Under the pieces are notes generated by a model. It ran no database searches, was not told the DNA's origin, and was given only the letters and a program-made list of their open reading frames with translations. This document shows, one piece after another, positions 1 to 8,930 of a stretch of 32,000 nt of DNA (positions within the stretch are counted from its first letter, which is position 1; each line of letters starts with the position of its first letter). Location: NCBI RefSeq assembly GCF_000195755.1, contig NC_002937.3, positions 1,980,001-2,012,000 of the forward strand, given 5' to 3'. The stretch comes from Nitratidesulfovibrio vulgaris str. Hildenborough (GTDB lineage: Bacteria > Desulfobacterota > Desulfovibrionia > Desulfovibrionales > Desulfovibrionaceae). A program made the position numbers and the translations under genes.

Positions 1-861
1 TAGCCATTCCTCGACGACCGTAGGTGCCTCGTAATAGGCACCGGGCATGAGCCCTTCGCCATGGCGCTCGATACCGCGAAGCAGCCCGGCGTACTGTTCT
101 TCGGTGAGCATGCCCTTGGAGAAAAGTCGCTTCCACCGCGCTGTGGCCTTGCTGCGCAGTTCGGCACTGAGCACGACGGGCGACACGGGCAGGAGCACCA
201 TCTCGTCCAGCTTGCCGAGAGAGCGCTGGTTCGACGCATCGAAAAGGCGAATCTCCTCCAGCGTCTCGCCGAAGAACTCCAAACGGAGAGGACGTTCGTA
301 GCCTGGGGGGTAGATATCGACGATATCGCCACGCACGGCGATTTCGCCGGGACGCGAAACCATCTGCACCCTGTCGAATCCCCAGTCCACCGCCTGTTCG
401 AGCACCAACTCGGGCGCCATCTCGTCGCCGCAGGCAAGCGTCAGCTCATGCGAGGCGAAAAGGTCTGCCGGGGGCAATTTCGAGAGGAAGTTATCGACCG
501 TGATGAGCACGCCTTGCGGCACACGTTTCTGCCCAAGGGCAAAGAGGGCTGCCATGCGGCTTGCCCACGCATCACGGTTGCGCGCCCCGAGTGGGTGCTG
601 CGGCATGACCACCCAGCGCGATTCCCAGCGGGGCTTCACCAGCGGGGAGTCACCAGCCGAGGCGTCAGGCGAGAACAAGGTGAGCAGACCGCGGGCGAGG
701 GCAAGTTCTTCCGCATCGCGGACGACCATGACGGCACTGCGACCGGCGTCGAGCACGGCGTTGCCCAGACGCGCTGCCGTCGCCATCCCGCTACGTGTTA
801 CTTCGATGTGTCCACAGCCCTTGCTGGCCAACTTGCGGACGAGTGCGGCGAAATCCAACAT
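1..861 (-). CDS. mfd: Transcription-repair coupling factor Mfd, N-terminal part (3' end runs off the left edge)
   Basis: Absent from the ORF track because there is no stop in the window. My translation of the minus strand from ATG 861 reads MLDFAALVRKLASKGCGHIEVTRSG...RPGEIAVRGDIVDIYPPGYERPLRLEFFGETLEEIRLFDASNQRSLGKL... This is the UvrB-homology module (RGDIVDIYP / EFFGxxxExIRxFDxxxQRS) found about 150-210 aa into Mfd. The frame is open to position 1. AGGAG lies just upstream, and there is no alternative in-frame start between 861 and the cheW stop. Confidence 0.75.
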   Translation of the reverse strand, partial: MLDFAALVRKLASKGCGHIEVTRSGMATAARLGNAVLDAGRSAVMVVRDAEELALARGLLTLFSPDASAGDSPLVKPRWESRWVVMPQHPLGARNRDAWASRMAALFALGQKRVPQGVLITVDNFLSKLPPADLFASHELTLACGDEMAPELVLEQAVDWGFDRVQMVSRPGEIAVRGDIVDIYPPGYERPLRLEFFGETLEEIRLFDASNQRSLGKLDEMVLLPVSPVVLSAELRSKATARWKRLFSKGMLTEEQYAGLLRGIERHGEGLMPGAYYEAPTVVEEWL

Positions 862-939
862 GAACTCCTGCGGCGCATGTACGGCAAAAAGCCGCCGAAG
901 CTGAAGCCCGGCGGCGTATTGCCAGAAGACATCCTGTTG

Positions 940-1416
940 CTACAACTGGCTTATGGCTCCGATATCGTCGTTGGAAAGGAGCCTGTCGAGGTCGAGCAGG
1001 ATAAGCAGCCTGTCCTGCAACTTCCCGACGCCGCTGATGTATTCGGATTCGAGGCCCGCAACGACTGGTGGCGGCGGCTCGACCGTGCTGGCGGGAATGC
1101 GCAGCACCTCCGACACGGAGTCGACCACAAAACCGACGATCATGTTATTGATCTCGATGACAATGATACGCGTATGCTTGTCATGGGTCTTCGAGTCGAG
1201 CCCGAAGCGCCTGCGCAGGTCGATGATGGGTATGACCTTGCCCCGCAGGTTGATGACACCCTCGACGAACTCGGGGGCGCGCGGGACCTTGGTGATTTCC
1301 ATCGTGCGGATGATTTCCTGAACCTTCAGGATATCCACACCGAACTCCTCTTCACCGATGCTGAACGTCACCAGTTGGAGAAGTTCGTCATCCTGTCTCT
1401 TCTGGGTAGCTTCCAT
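940..1416 (-). CDS. cheW: Chemotaxis coupling protein CheW (single CheW domain, 158 aa)
   Basis: The ORF has the typical CheW pattern: LVTFSIGEEEFGVDILKVQEI, VINLRGKVIPIIDLRRRFGL, IIVIE. AAGGAGG sits about 8 nt upstream of the ATG at 1416. Confidence 0.9.
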   Translation of the reverse strand: MEATQKRQDDELLQLVTFSIGEEEFGVDILKVQEIIRTMEITKVPRAPEFVEGVINLRGKVIPIIDLRRRFGLDSKTHDKHTRIIVIEINNMIVGFVVDSVSEVLRIPASTVEPPPPVVAGLESEYISGVGKLQDRLLILLDLDRLLSNDDIGAISQL

Positions 1417-1640
1417 ACCCTAATCCTCCTTGCTAGGTGCGCAACGCCGATGGCGATGCGGCATCAGGCCTACTGATTACACATGTTAGGCGTAACGTGC
1501 GCCCTTGGCAACAGGTTTGCCCACAAAACACGCAAACTACGGGGCTTGCCAAAGGGCTGCCCCCCGGCTACAACGCAGGGGTCGACGGGGTTCCCCCGTC
1601 ACGTGCGACCTTCCACCGCAGCCTTTCAGGAGTGCCGCAG

Positions 1641-1865
1641 ATGGCCCGACTCTTCCCGTTCCCGGACGACCTTCCACTTTCCATGCAAATCCGGTCGCTC
1701 GGCGACGAAGAACTGCTCGACTTCTGGGAGGAAACCCAGTTCGTGAGCAGATTCCTCGAAGAGGATCAAATGCACGAGGTGACCCTCACCCCCGATTATG
1801 AACGCCTCATCCTGCAGGAGTTGCAATTGCGCTCCTGCAAGCGATGTGCTGAGCGTCGCCCCTAG
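1641..1865 (+). CDS. Small hypothetical protein (74 aa), divergent from cheW
   Basis: Internal ATG of track ORF 1437..1865, preceded by AGGAG at 1627-1631. Third codon positions are GC-rich like neighbouring genes. A clean intrinsic terminator follows at 1893-1919. I recognise no family (MARLFPFPDDLPLSMQIRSLGDEELLDFWEETQF...). Confidence 0.5.
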   Translation: MARLFPFPDDLPLSMQIRSLGDEELLDFWEETQFVSRFLEEDQMHEVTLTPDYERLILQELQLRSCKRCAERRP

Positions 1866-1892
1866 CCCTTTTCCGAATCGACCGACTGCAAG

Positions 1893-1919
1893 AGCCCCGC
1901 ACTGCGGGGCTTCTGTTTT
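1893..1919 (+). terminator. Rho-independent terminator after the 74-aa ORF
   Basis: GCCCCGC-act-GCGGGGC stem-loop (1894-1910) followed by TTCTGTTTT. Confidence 0.7.
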
Positions 1920-2124
1920 ATGTCTCGAATAACGGCGATGGTCACATGGTCGGCAAGCCCGCCCTTCGCTACCACCACTCCATCCTTCCTTCACGCATCG
2001 CGTCACGAAAACAGCGGCTGAAGCCTGCGAACGCCCCGGAGACGCAGCCCAAGGGGTCGTAAGGACTCTTTCAGCAGCCGCCTGTGCCACGCGCGGCGGG
2101 ACGGCAGGCAGACAATACATGCTG

Positions 2125-2156
2125 AAAGCCCCTCCGCCTGTCGGCGGAGGGGCTTT
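2125..2156 (-). terminator. Long GC hairpin downstream of ugd (bidirectional-type terminator)
   Basis: AAAGCCCCTCCGCC-tgtc-GGCGGAGGGGCTTT, a 14-bp perfect stem with A/T-tract ends. It lies 84 nt past the ugd stop on the minus strand. Confidence 0.6.
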
Positions 2157-2239
2157 GCGTCAAACTGTCCGGGCGGCGGATGCCGTCGACGGGGCGAGGC
2201 AGGTCACACGGGCTCCAGCCCGCCCAGAGTCAATGCCAG

Positions 2240-3577
2240 CTAGACGACATCCTTGCGCCCCACGCAGAAGTAGGCGAAGCCAGCCTCTGCCATGTTGCGG
2301 GGAGCATACAGATTGCGCCCGTCGAAAAGGATGGGGGCGGTGAGCGACGCCTTCACCCTGTCGAAGTCGGGATTGCGGAACTGGTTCCACTCCGTGATGA
2401 CGAGCAGCGCCTGTGCGCCTTCGCACGCGGCGTACTGGTCGCCGACGATCTCGACGAGGTCGTTGCCTTCAAGCAGACGGCGGGCATTGTCGGCAGCCAC
2501 AGGGTCGTAGGCGCGCACACGCATACCGAGGGCCGTAAGCTCTTCGATGACCGACAGCGAGGCGGCTTCGCGCATGTCGTCGGTGTTGGCCTTGAACGCG
2601 AGGCCCCACAGTGCGAGCGTCTTCCCGGCAACGCCCCCCTGCGGCTCGAAATAGGCTGCGATGCGCTTCGCCATGGAACGCTTCTGGCGGGCGTTGACGC
2701 TCTCCACGGCCTCGAGGAGTTCCGGTTTGAAGTCCGCATCATGGGCCGTGTGGATGAGTGCCTTCACGTCCTTGGGGAAGCATGAACCGCCATAGCCAAC
2801 ACCGGGATAGATGAAATGATAGCCGATGCGGTGGTCGGAACCGATGCCGACGCGCACATCACGCACATCCGCCCCCACCTTCTCGCAGATACCAGCGATT
2901 TCGTTGATGAACGAGATCTTGGTGGCAAGCATGCAGTTGGCGGCGTACTTGGTCATCTCCGCGCTACGGATGCTCATGACGATGAGCTTGTCACGGCTGC
3001 GGGCGAACGGGGCATAGAGCTCCTTGAGCTTCTCGGCGGTACGCTCGGAATCGGTGCCGACGATCACGCGGTCGGGCTTCATGAAGTCGCTGACCGCGTC
3101 GCCCTCTTTCAGGAACTCGGGGTTCGACACCACATCGAAGGCGATATCAGCGCCACGCGACGCGAGTTCCTCGGCGATGAGGCTGCGCACACGGTCGGCG
3201 GTGCCCACCGGCACGGTGGACTTGTCGACCACGATGAGCGGTGCCTGCATGTGACGCCCTATCTGGCGTGCCACCTCCTCGACGAAGCACAGGTCGCAGG
3301 AACCGTCGTCGCGCGAGGGCGTGCCCACGGTGATGAATGCGAACTGCGCACCGGCAAGCCCTTCGGCAAGATTCGTGGTGAAGGTAAGGCGACCGTCGGC
3401 ATAGTTACGCTGCACAAGGGTCTCAAGCCCCGGCTCGTAGATATGCACCTTGCCTGCGCGCAACGTGGCGACCACTTCGGGGTTCACGTCGACGCAACGC
3501 ACGTCGTTGCCCATTTCGGCGAAGCACGCCGCACTCACAAGACCGACATAACCAGTACCGACAATACAAACCTTCAT
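2240..3577 (-). CDS. ugd: UDP-glucose 6-dehydrogenase
   Basis: 445 aa. N-terminal Rossmann motif MKVCIVGTGYVGL and catalytic GGSCFPKD motif, with full-length UDP-glucose/GDP-mannose dehydrogenase architecture. GAAGAGGA lies upstream of the ATG. Confidence 0.9.
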   Translation of the reverse strand: MKVCIVGTGYVGLVSAACFAEMGNDVRCVDVNPEVVATLRAGKVHIYEPGLETLVQRNYADGRLTFTTNLAEGLAGAQFAFITVGTPSRDDGSCDLCFVEEVARQIGRHMQAPLIVVDKSTVPVGTADRVRSLIAEELASRGADIAFDVVSNPEFLKEGDAVSDFMKPDRVIVGTDSERTAEKLKELYAPFARSRDKLIVMSIRSAEMTKYAANCMLATKISFINEIAGICEKVGADVRDVRVGIGSDHRIGYHFIYPGVGYGGSCFPKDVKALIHTAHDADFKPELLEAVESVNARQKRSMAKRIAAYFEPQGGVAGKTLALWGLAFKANTDDMREAASLSVIEELTALGMRVRAYDPVAADNARRLLEGNDLVEIVGDQYAACEGAQALLVITEWNQFRNPDFDRVKASLTAPILFDGRNLYAPRNMAEAGFAYFCVGRKDVV

Positions 3578-3728
3578 GGTATCCTCTTCAATAAGTTAGG
3601 GGGACGCAGTCAGGCGTCCGAGGGTGCAATTACCCGCCACATCCGGCTTCGTCAACGCCGCGAGTATTGACTTCTCGCCGCGCGGGCGAGAACATCGCGC
3701 CAAACAACGCACTTTCAGGAGAAACTCC

Positions 3729-4454
3729 ATGCCCATACTCGTAGTCAACGTCGACCATGTGGCCACCCTGCGGCAGCAACGCCTCGGCATCGAACCAGAC
3801 CCCGTAACCGCCGCGCACATGGCCGAACTTGCAGGCGCACGGGGCATCATAGTGCACCTGCGCGAAGACCGCCGCCACATACAGGACAGGGACGTGTCGC
3901 TCTTGCGGCAGACGCTGAAGACCCGCCTGCACCTCGAAATGGCAGCTACCGAAGAGATGCAGGGCATCGCCCTTGCCGAGAAGCCGCACATGGTCTGCCT
4001 CGTCCCTGAAAAACGGGAAGAACTCACCACCGAAGGCGGCCTCGTGGTGGCTGGGCGCGTGGACTTCCTTCAGGCATATGTAAAGCCGTTCCACGAAATC
4101 GGTATCGCCACCAGCCTGTTCATAGAGGCCGACCCCGACCAGATTCGCGCAGCCGCACGCGTCGGGGTCACCCATGTGGAACTGCATACAGGGCACTTCG
4201 CCGACGCGCCCGACGCCGCAGAACGCAAGCGCCAGCGTGACGCCATCGTCGCCGGCATCGGCCTTGCCCGCACACTGGGGCTCAAGGTCAACCTCGGGCA
4301 CGGCCTCAACTACGATAACATCTTCGACTTCGAAGCCGTACCCGGCATCTGCGAATTCTCCATCGGACACTCCATCGTCTCGCGCGCCGTGCTCACGGGC
4401 TTCGGCCCGGCGGTGCGCGACATGGTCGACATCATCAACCGCTTCCCCGGGTAA
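3729..4454 (+). CDS. pdxJ: Pyridoxine 5'-phosphate synthase
   Basis: Starts at the internal ATG after [24 protein letters not shown]..., [32 protein letters not shown] and NLGHGLNY are conserved PdxJ blocks. 241 aa. Confidence 0.9.
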   Translation: MPILVVNVDHVATLRQQRLGIEPDPVTAAHMAELAGARGIIVHLREDRRHIQDRDVSLLRQTLKTRLHLEMAATEEMQGIALAEKPHMVCLVPEKREELTTEGGLVVAGRVDFLQAYVKPFHEIGIATSLFIEADPDQIRAAARVGVTHVELHTGHFADAPDAAERKRQRDAIVAGIGLARTLGLKVNLGHGLNYDNIFDFEAVPGICEFSIGHSIVSRAVLTGFGPAVRDMVDIINRFPG

Positions 4455-4464
4455 TGGCAAAGGG

Positions 4465-4839
4465 ATGATCGTCGGCATAGGCATCGACATCACCGAAATC
4501 GACCGTATAGCCAAGGGCTGGGGCCGCTTCGGAGACAGGTTCGCCCGACGGATCCTGCATCCGCATGAAGTGGTGCGCATGCCCGCGGCGAACCCTGTCG
4601 CCTTCCTTGCCGGACGCTTCGCCGTCAAGGAAGCGGCAGTGAAGGCCCTCGGCACCGGATTCAGTGGCGGTATCGGGCCACGCGACATCGAAGTCGGCGT
4701 GGCCCCCGCAGGGGCACCGCAACTGGTCTTGCATGGCAAGGCGGCTGCCCGCATGGAGGCACTCGGCGCGACGCGGACCCACGTTTCGCTGACCCACGGC
4801 AGGGACACGGCAGCCGCTGTCGTCATACTGGAGTCCTGA
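4465..4839 (+). CDS. acpS: Holo-[acyl-carrier-protein] synthase
   Basis: 124 aa. [15 protein letters not shown]... and [14 protein letters not shown] are typical AcpS blocks. Starts 10 nt after the pdxJ stop. Confidence 0.9.
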   Translation: MIVGIGIDITEIDRIAKGWGRFGDRFARRILHPHEVVRMPAANPVAFLAGRFAVKEAAVKALGTGFSGGIGPRDIEVGVAPAGAPQLVLHGKAAARMEALGATRTHVSLTHGRDTAAAVVILES

Positions 4840-4960
4840 ACCGGGGACGACGGGCCGCCGTCCCGCATAGAGACAGCCCTCGCTCGCAAGCCGACGGATT
4901 CGAGGTCACCTATCGGACGCGACATGCGACGTGCAGCACCATCACGCTGTCGGAGGACAC

Positions 4961-6685
4961 ATGTTCACCCCCCTGCCCACGCCCGAAGAGATGTCCGCAT
5001 GGGACGCCGCGACCATACGGCTTGGCCTTCCGGCCATGGTACTCATGGAGAACGCCGCACGTGAAGCGCTGGACGTGCTGCGCACGTCTTGCGGCCCGCT
5101 GCGGCACAGGCGCGTCATCCTGTTCATGGGGGGCGGCAACAACGGCGGAGACGCCGCCGCCGTGGCCCGCGGCCTGCACGACCTCGGGGCCTGCACCCTG
5201 CTTGTGCACACCAGACCGTTACGCGCCTACAGGGGCGAAACGGCAGCCCACCTGCGCCTCGCACTGCGTTGCGGCGTTCCGGCGATTGATGCCTCGTCAT
5301 GGCTGAAACTCGCCGTCAGGGCCAATGCCCCCTTTGCGCCGTGGCACAACGCCATGGCCGCGGCGCGAAAGCAAAAGGCGCAGACGGCGCACGACGGCGC
5401 GCAAGGGAATCCCCCCGCCAGACTGTATGGGACAGTGCAAGACGATACCGCGCCTGCGCCCCCCCGGCGTAGAGACGCGACAATCGACTACACGCAAGCA
5501 CCACTCCCTCCCGTCATCGTCGACGGATTGCTGGGCACGGGCTTGCGCGGGCCCGTACGTGAGCGGGAGAGGGCCCTCATCCGTGCCATCAACGCCTTGC
5601 GTGATGAGGGTGCCCATGTGTTCTCGCTCGACATCCCTTCCGGGGTTGACGGTCTTACGGGGAGACCTGCGCCTGAAGCGGTCCATGCCCACGTCACCGT
5701 CACCTTCGAGGCACCCAAGACAGGAATCGTACTCCCTGAAGCACGCTGCCATGTCGGCGCACTCCACGTGCGCCCCATCGGCATACCCCGCACGGTGCGT
5801 TCCACCCCGACGCGCTTCCGCCTGATGACCGACGACTGCACGAAGGTGATGCCCGTCCCGCGCGACGACATGCACAAAGGCACGGCAGGCCATGTGCTCA
5901 TCATCGGCGGTTCACCGGGGTTGACCGGGGCACCGCATCTCGCGGCGCGCGCGGCACTCCGGGGCGGGGCGGGCTTCGCCACCATCGCCACCCCCGGCAG
6001 TCTCGCCACCGAAGCCAAGTGCGCCTCGCCGGATGTCATGACCCTGCCCCTCGGCGTTGCCGCCACATGGCCTGACACACCCGATGAAGCCCTGATGTCG
6101 CTGATACGCCGCTGTTCCGTGCTGGTCGTCGGCCCCGGCATGGGGCGGACACCGCAAGCCGCCGCATTCGCGTCACGCCTGCTGGCAGTCCGGCACCGCC
6201 CGCCCGCCATCGTCGACGCCGACGCACTGCATGCACTCGCAACGGGAGGCATCGCACTTGATTTGATAGCTGAAACGGATATTGTGACTCCTCATCCCGG
6301 TGAGGCAGCACTGCTTCTCGGGTGGGAGACGGCCGACATCCAACGCGACAGGCCCGCGGCACTGGCCGCACTCATGTCGCGTCTGCACTGCACGGTCATC
6401 CTCAAGGGAGCCTGTACGCTCACAGGTTCCCCGGGGCTGCCTGTCACCGTCTCCCCGCGTATGGCGTCCACCCTTGCCGTTGCCGGTTCAGGCGACGTGC
6501 TCGCCGGTCTTGCCGGTGCACTGGTGGCGCAAGGCGCAACGTCGCCCATTGCGGCCTGTTTGAGTGTCAACATCCACGGCAAGGCAGGAGAGATGCTGCT
6601 CGAAGGCCATCCGCAACGCGGATGCCTCGCCTCCGACATAGCAGACGCCCTGCCCCGTGCGCGCAAGGAGCTTTGCCATGCTTAA
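4961..6685 (+). CDS. nnr: Bifunctional NAD(P)H-hydrate repair enzyme (YjeF_N epimerase + carbohydrate-kinase-type dehydratase)
   Basis: GGGNNGGD and DGLLGTGL (YjeF_N domain). HKGTAGHVLIIGGSPGLTGAP and AVAGSGDVLAG (dehydratase domain). The ATG at 4961 after GGAGG is preferred over the track's GTG at 4931. Confidence 0.85.
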   Translation: MFTPLPTPEEMSAWDAATIRLGLPAMVLMENAAREALDVLRTSCGPLRHRRVILFMGGGNNGGDAAAVARGLHDLGACTLLVHTRPLRAYRGETAAHLRLALRCGVPAIDASSWLKLAVRANAPFAPWHNAMAAARKQKAQTAHDGAQGNPPARLYGTVQDDTAPAPPRRRDATIDYTQAPLPPVIVDGLLGTGLRGPVRERERALIRAINALRDEGAHVFSLDIPSGVDGLTGRPAPEAVHAHVTVTFEAPKTGIVLPEARCHVGALHVRPIGIPRTVRSTPTRFRLMTDDCTKVMPVPRDDMHKGTAGHVLIIGGSPGLTGAPHLAARAALRGGAGFATIATPGSLATEAKCASPDVMTLPLGVAATWPDTPDEALMSLIRRCSVLVVGPGMGRTPQAAAFASRLLAVRHRPPAIVDADALHALATGGIALDLIAETDIVTPHPGEAALLLGWETADIQRDRPAALAALMSRLHCTVILKGACTLTGSPGLPVTVSPRMASTLAVAGSGDVLAGLAGALVAQGATSPIAACLSVNIHGKAGEMLLEGHPQRGCLASDIADALPRARKELCHA

Positions 6686-7130
6686 AGCCAGAGACATCAT
6701 GACCGCTTCGCCCGTGACGGTAGCTCCCGACACCGAAATCGCCAAGGCCGCCCGCATCCTCGTCGAACGCAAGTTCAACGGTCTGCCTGTCGTTGACGAT
6801 TCGGGACGCCTTGTCGGCGTCATCTGCCAGAGCGACCTCATCACCCAGCACAAGAAGCTCAACATCCCCTCGTTCTTCACCGTGCTCGACGGCTTCATCC
6901 CCCTGACCTCCATGTCGGAACTGGATGAGCAGATGCGCCGCATCTCCGCGACCATCGTCAAGCACGCCATGACCGCCGACCCCGTCACCGTGACGCCCGA
7001 GACCGCCATCGACGAGATCGCCTCGCTGATGGTCGACTCGAAGCTCCACACCCTGCCTGTCGTCGAGAACGGCAAGCTCGTCGGCGTCATCGGCAAGGAA
7101 GACCTGCTACGCACCCTCGCGGGAGCCTAG
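6678..7130 (+). CDS. CBS-domain pair protein (150 aa)
   Basis: Two CBS repeats: IMTASPVTVAPDTEI...GLPVVDDSGRLVGVI and AMTADPVTVTPETAI...TLPVVENGKLVGVI. AAGGAG lies 8 nt upstream of the ATG. Overlaps the nnr stop by 8 nt. Confidence 0.8.
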   Translation: MLKARDIMTASPVTVAPDTEIAKAARILVERKFNGLPVVDDSGRLVGVICQSDLITQHKKLNIPSFFTVLDGFIPLTSMSELDEQMRRISATIVKHAMTADPVTVTPETAIDEIASLMVDSKLHTLPVVENGKLVGVIGKEDLLRTLAGA

Positions 7131-7142
7131 CGGAGACGCACC

Positions 7143-7631
7143 GTGCGTTTCCATCTTCCCGGCCCTGAAGATACGGTAAGGCTCGGCAGGGCGCTGGCGA
7201 AAGCGCTGCTGCAAATCGACGGCCTGCGCGTGGTACTGCTTGCCGGAACCCTCGGTTCCGGCAAGACGACCATGACGCGCGGGCTTGTGGCTGAACTCCC
7301 CGGTGGCGGCATGGCCGAGGTGAGCAGCCCGAGCTTCAACATCTGCAACCTCTATCCCACCACTCCGCCAACGGCCCACTTCGATCTGTACAGGCTCGAA
7401 GGCAACGAGCCGGATGACGCACTGCTCGACCTCATCGACGAGGGCGAGAGCATCATCCTCATCGAATGGGCCGAACACCTGCCGGAGTATGCCCTGCCTC
7501 CCGTATGGCTGCGCCTTGCATGGCACGCCGCGGGAGAAGGACGCATCGTCGAGGCACACGGCAACGGTGCCCCGGCGCTGGTGGCTCTGGACATGGTGGC
7601 CGCCGGGGTTCCAGACCTCGTGCAGCCTTGA
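7143..7631 (+). CDS. tsaE: tRNA threonylcarbamoyladenosine (t6A) biosynthesis ATPase TsaE/YjeE
   Basis: P-loop GTLGSGKTTMTRG, SPSFNICNLY and HFDLYRL motifs. GTG start with GGAG 7 nt upstream. The classic yjeF(nnr)-yjeE(tsaE) neighbourhood is present. Confidence 0.8.
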   Translation: MRFHLPGPEDTVRLGRALAKALLQIDGLRVVLLAGTLGSGKTTMTRGLVAELPGGGMAEVSSPSFNICNLYPTTPPTAHFDLYRLEGNEPDDALLDLIDEGESIILIEWAEHLPEYALPPVWLRLAWHAAGEGRIVEAHGNGAPALVALDMVAAGVPDLVQP

Positions 7632-7689
7632 GGGATCGGGCGGGCGGGCCGTCCACTCCCGGTTTCCCTACCAACGCAAAGGATTCGGT

Positions 7690-8916
7690 ATGCGTATTCT
7701 GGTGCAGAAGTTCGGCGGAACCTCCGTCGCCAACCTCGAATGCATGAAGCAGGTGCGCGCGAAGGTGCTGGCGGCGCGTGAGCGCGGCTACAAGGTCGTA
7801 GTAGTACTCTCCGCCATGTCCGGCGAGACCAACAGATTGCTCGCCCTCGCCGACGAGTGGTCGTCCGAGCCCGACCCGGCCGAGACGGACGCGCTCGTGG
7901 TCACCGGCGAACAGGTCTCCATCGCGCTGTTCTCCATGTTGCTCAAGGACTCGGGCATAAAGGCCCGGTCGTTCCTCGGCTTCCAGATTCCCATCGTCAC
8001 CTCCGACACCTTCGGCAGTGCGCGCATCCTGTCCATCGACGACAGCCGCCTGCGGGCCGAACTCGAGACCCACGACGTACTCGTCGTGGCGGGCTTTCAG
8101 GGCTGCACCGCAGATGGAAGGCTCACCACGCTGGGGCGCGGCGGGTCAGACACCTCAGCCGTGGCCCTCGCGGCAGCGCTGGGGTCGGTCGAGTGCGAAA
8201 TATACACCGACGTCGACGGGGTCTACACCACCGACCCCAATCTCTGCTCCACGGCGCGCAAGCTCGATCGCATCACCTATGACGAGATGCTCGAAATGGC
8301 GAGCATGGGCGCCAAGGTGCTTCAGATTCGCTCCGTCGAGTTCGCCAAGAAATACAACGTGCCCGTGCACGTTCGCTCAACCTTCACCGACACCACAGGA
8401 ACCCTGGTCACACAGGAGGACTCCAGCATGGAAGCCGTACTCGTCTCCGGCATCGCATATGACAAGGATCAGGCACGCATCACCCTGCGCAGCGTCCCCG
8501 ACAGGCCGGGCGTGGCTGCCGCCATCTTCGTACCGCTGTCCACCAACGGCGTCGTCGTGGACATGATCGTGCAGAACCCCAGCCGAGAAGGCGTGACCGA
8601 CATGACCTTCACCGTCCCGCGCAAGGACCTCAAGAAGACCCTCACCCTCATGGAGGGCATCAGGGAAGAGACCGAGGCCCTTGAAGTGCTGCATGACGTG
8701 AGCGTCGCCAAGGTGTCCGCCATCGGCGTGGGAATGCGCAACCATTCGGGCGTGGCAGCCAAGGCCTTCGCCGCCCTGCGCAAGGAGAACATCAACATTC
8801 TCATGATCAGTACGTCCGAGATCAAGATCACCTGCCTCATCGAGGAGAAGTACACCGAACTCGCCGTTCGCGTCCTGCATGACGCCTTCGGCCTTTCCAG
8901 CAACACGGAGCATTGA
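7690..8916 (+). CDS. lysC: Aspartate kinase (monofunctional, two C-terminal ACT domains)
   Basis: 408 aa. MRILVQKFGGTSV, TLGRGGSDTSAVALAA and a C-terminal ACT pair. AAGGA lies upstream of ATG 7690. Confidence 0.9.
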   Translation: MRILVQKFGGTSVANLECMKQVRAKVLAARERGYKVVVVLSAMSGETNRLLALADEWSSEPDPAETDALVVTGEQVSIALFSMLLKDSGIKARSFLGFQIPIVTSDTFGSARILSIDDSRLRAELETHDVLVVAGFQGCTADGRLTTLGRGGSDTSAVALAAALGSVECEIYTDVDGVYTTDPNLCSTARKLDRITYDEMLEMASMGAKVLQIRSVEFAKKYNVPVHVRSTFTDTTGTLVTQEDSSMEAVLVSGIAYDKDQARITLRSVPDRPGVAAAIFVPLSTNGVVVDMIVQNPSREGVTDMTFTVPRKDLKKTLTLMEGIREETEALEVLHDVSVAKVSAIGVGMRNHSGVAAKAFAALRKENINILMISTSEIKITCLIEEKYTELAVRVLHDAFGLSSNTEH

Positions 8917-8930
8917 TCACGGAGCAGACC

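Noticed and set aside
61-1476. 471-aa plus-strand ORF, the longest ORF at the left edge
   Set aside because: It lies antisense to two well-supported minus-strand genes (mfd N-terminus and cheW). It has no recognisable domains and an Arg/Ala/Gly-rich composition typical of shadow frames in high-GC DNA.
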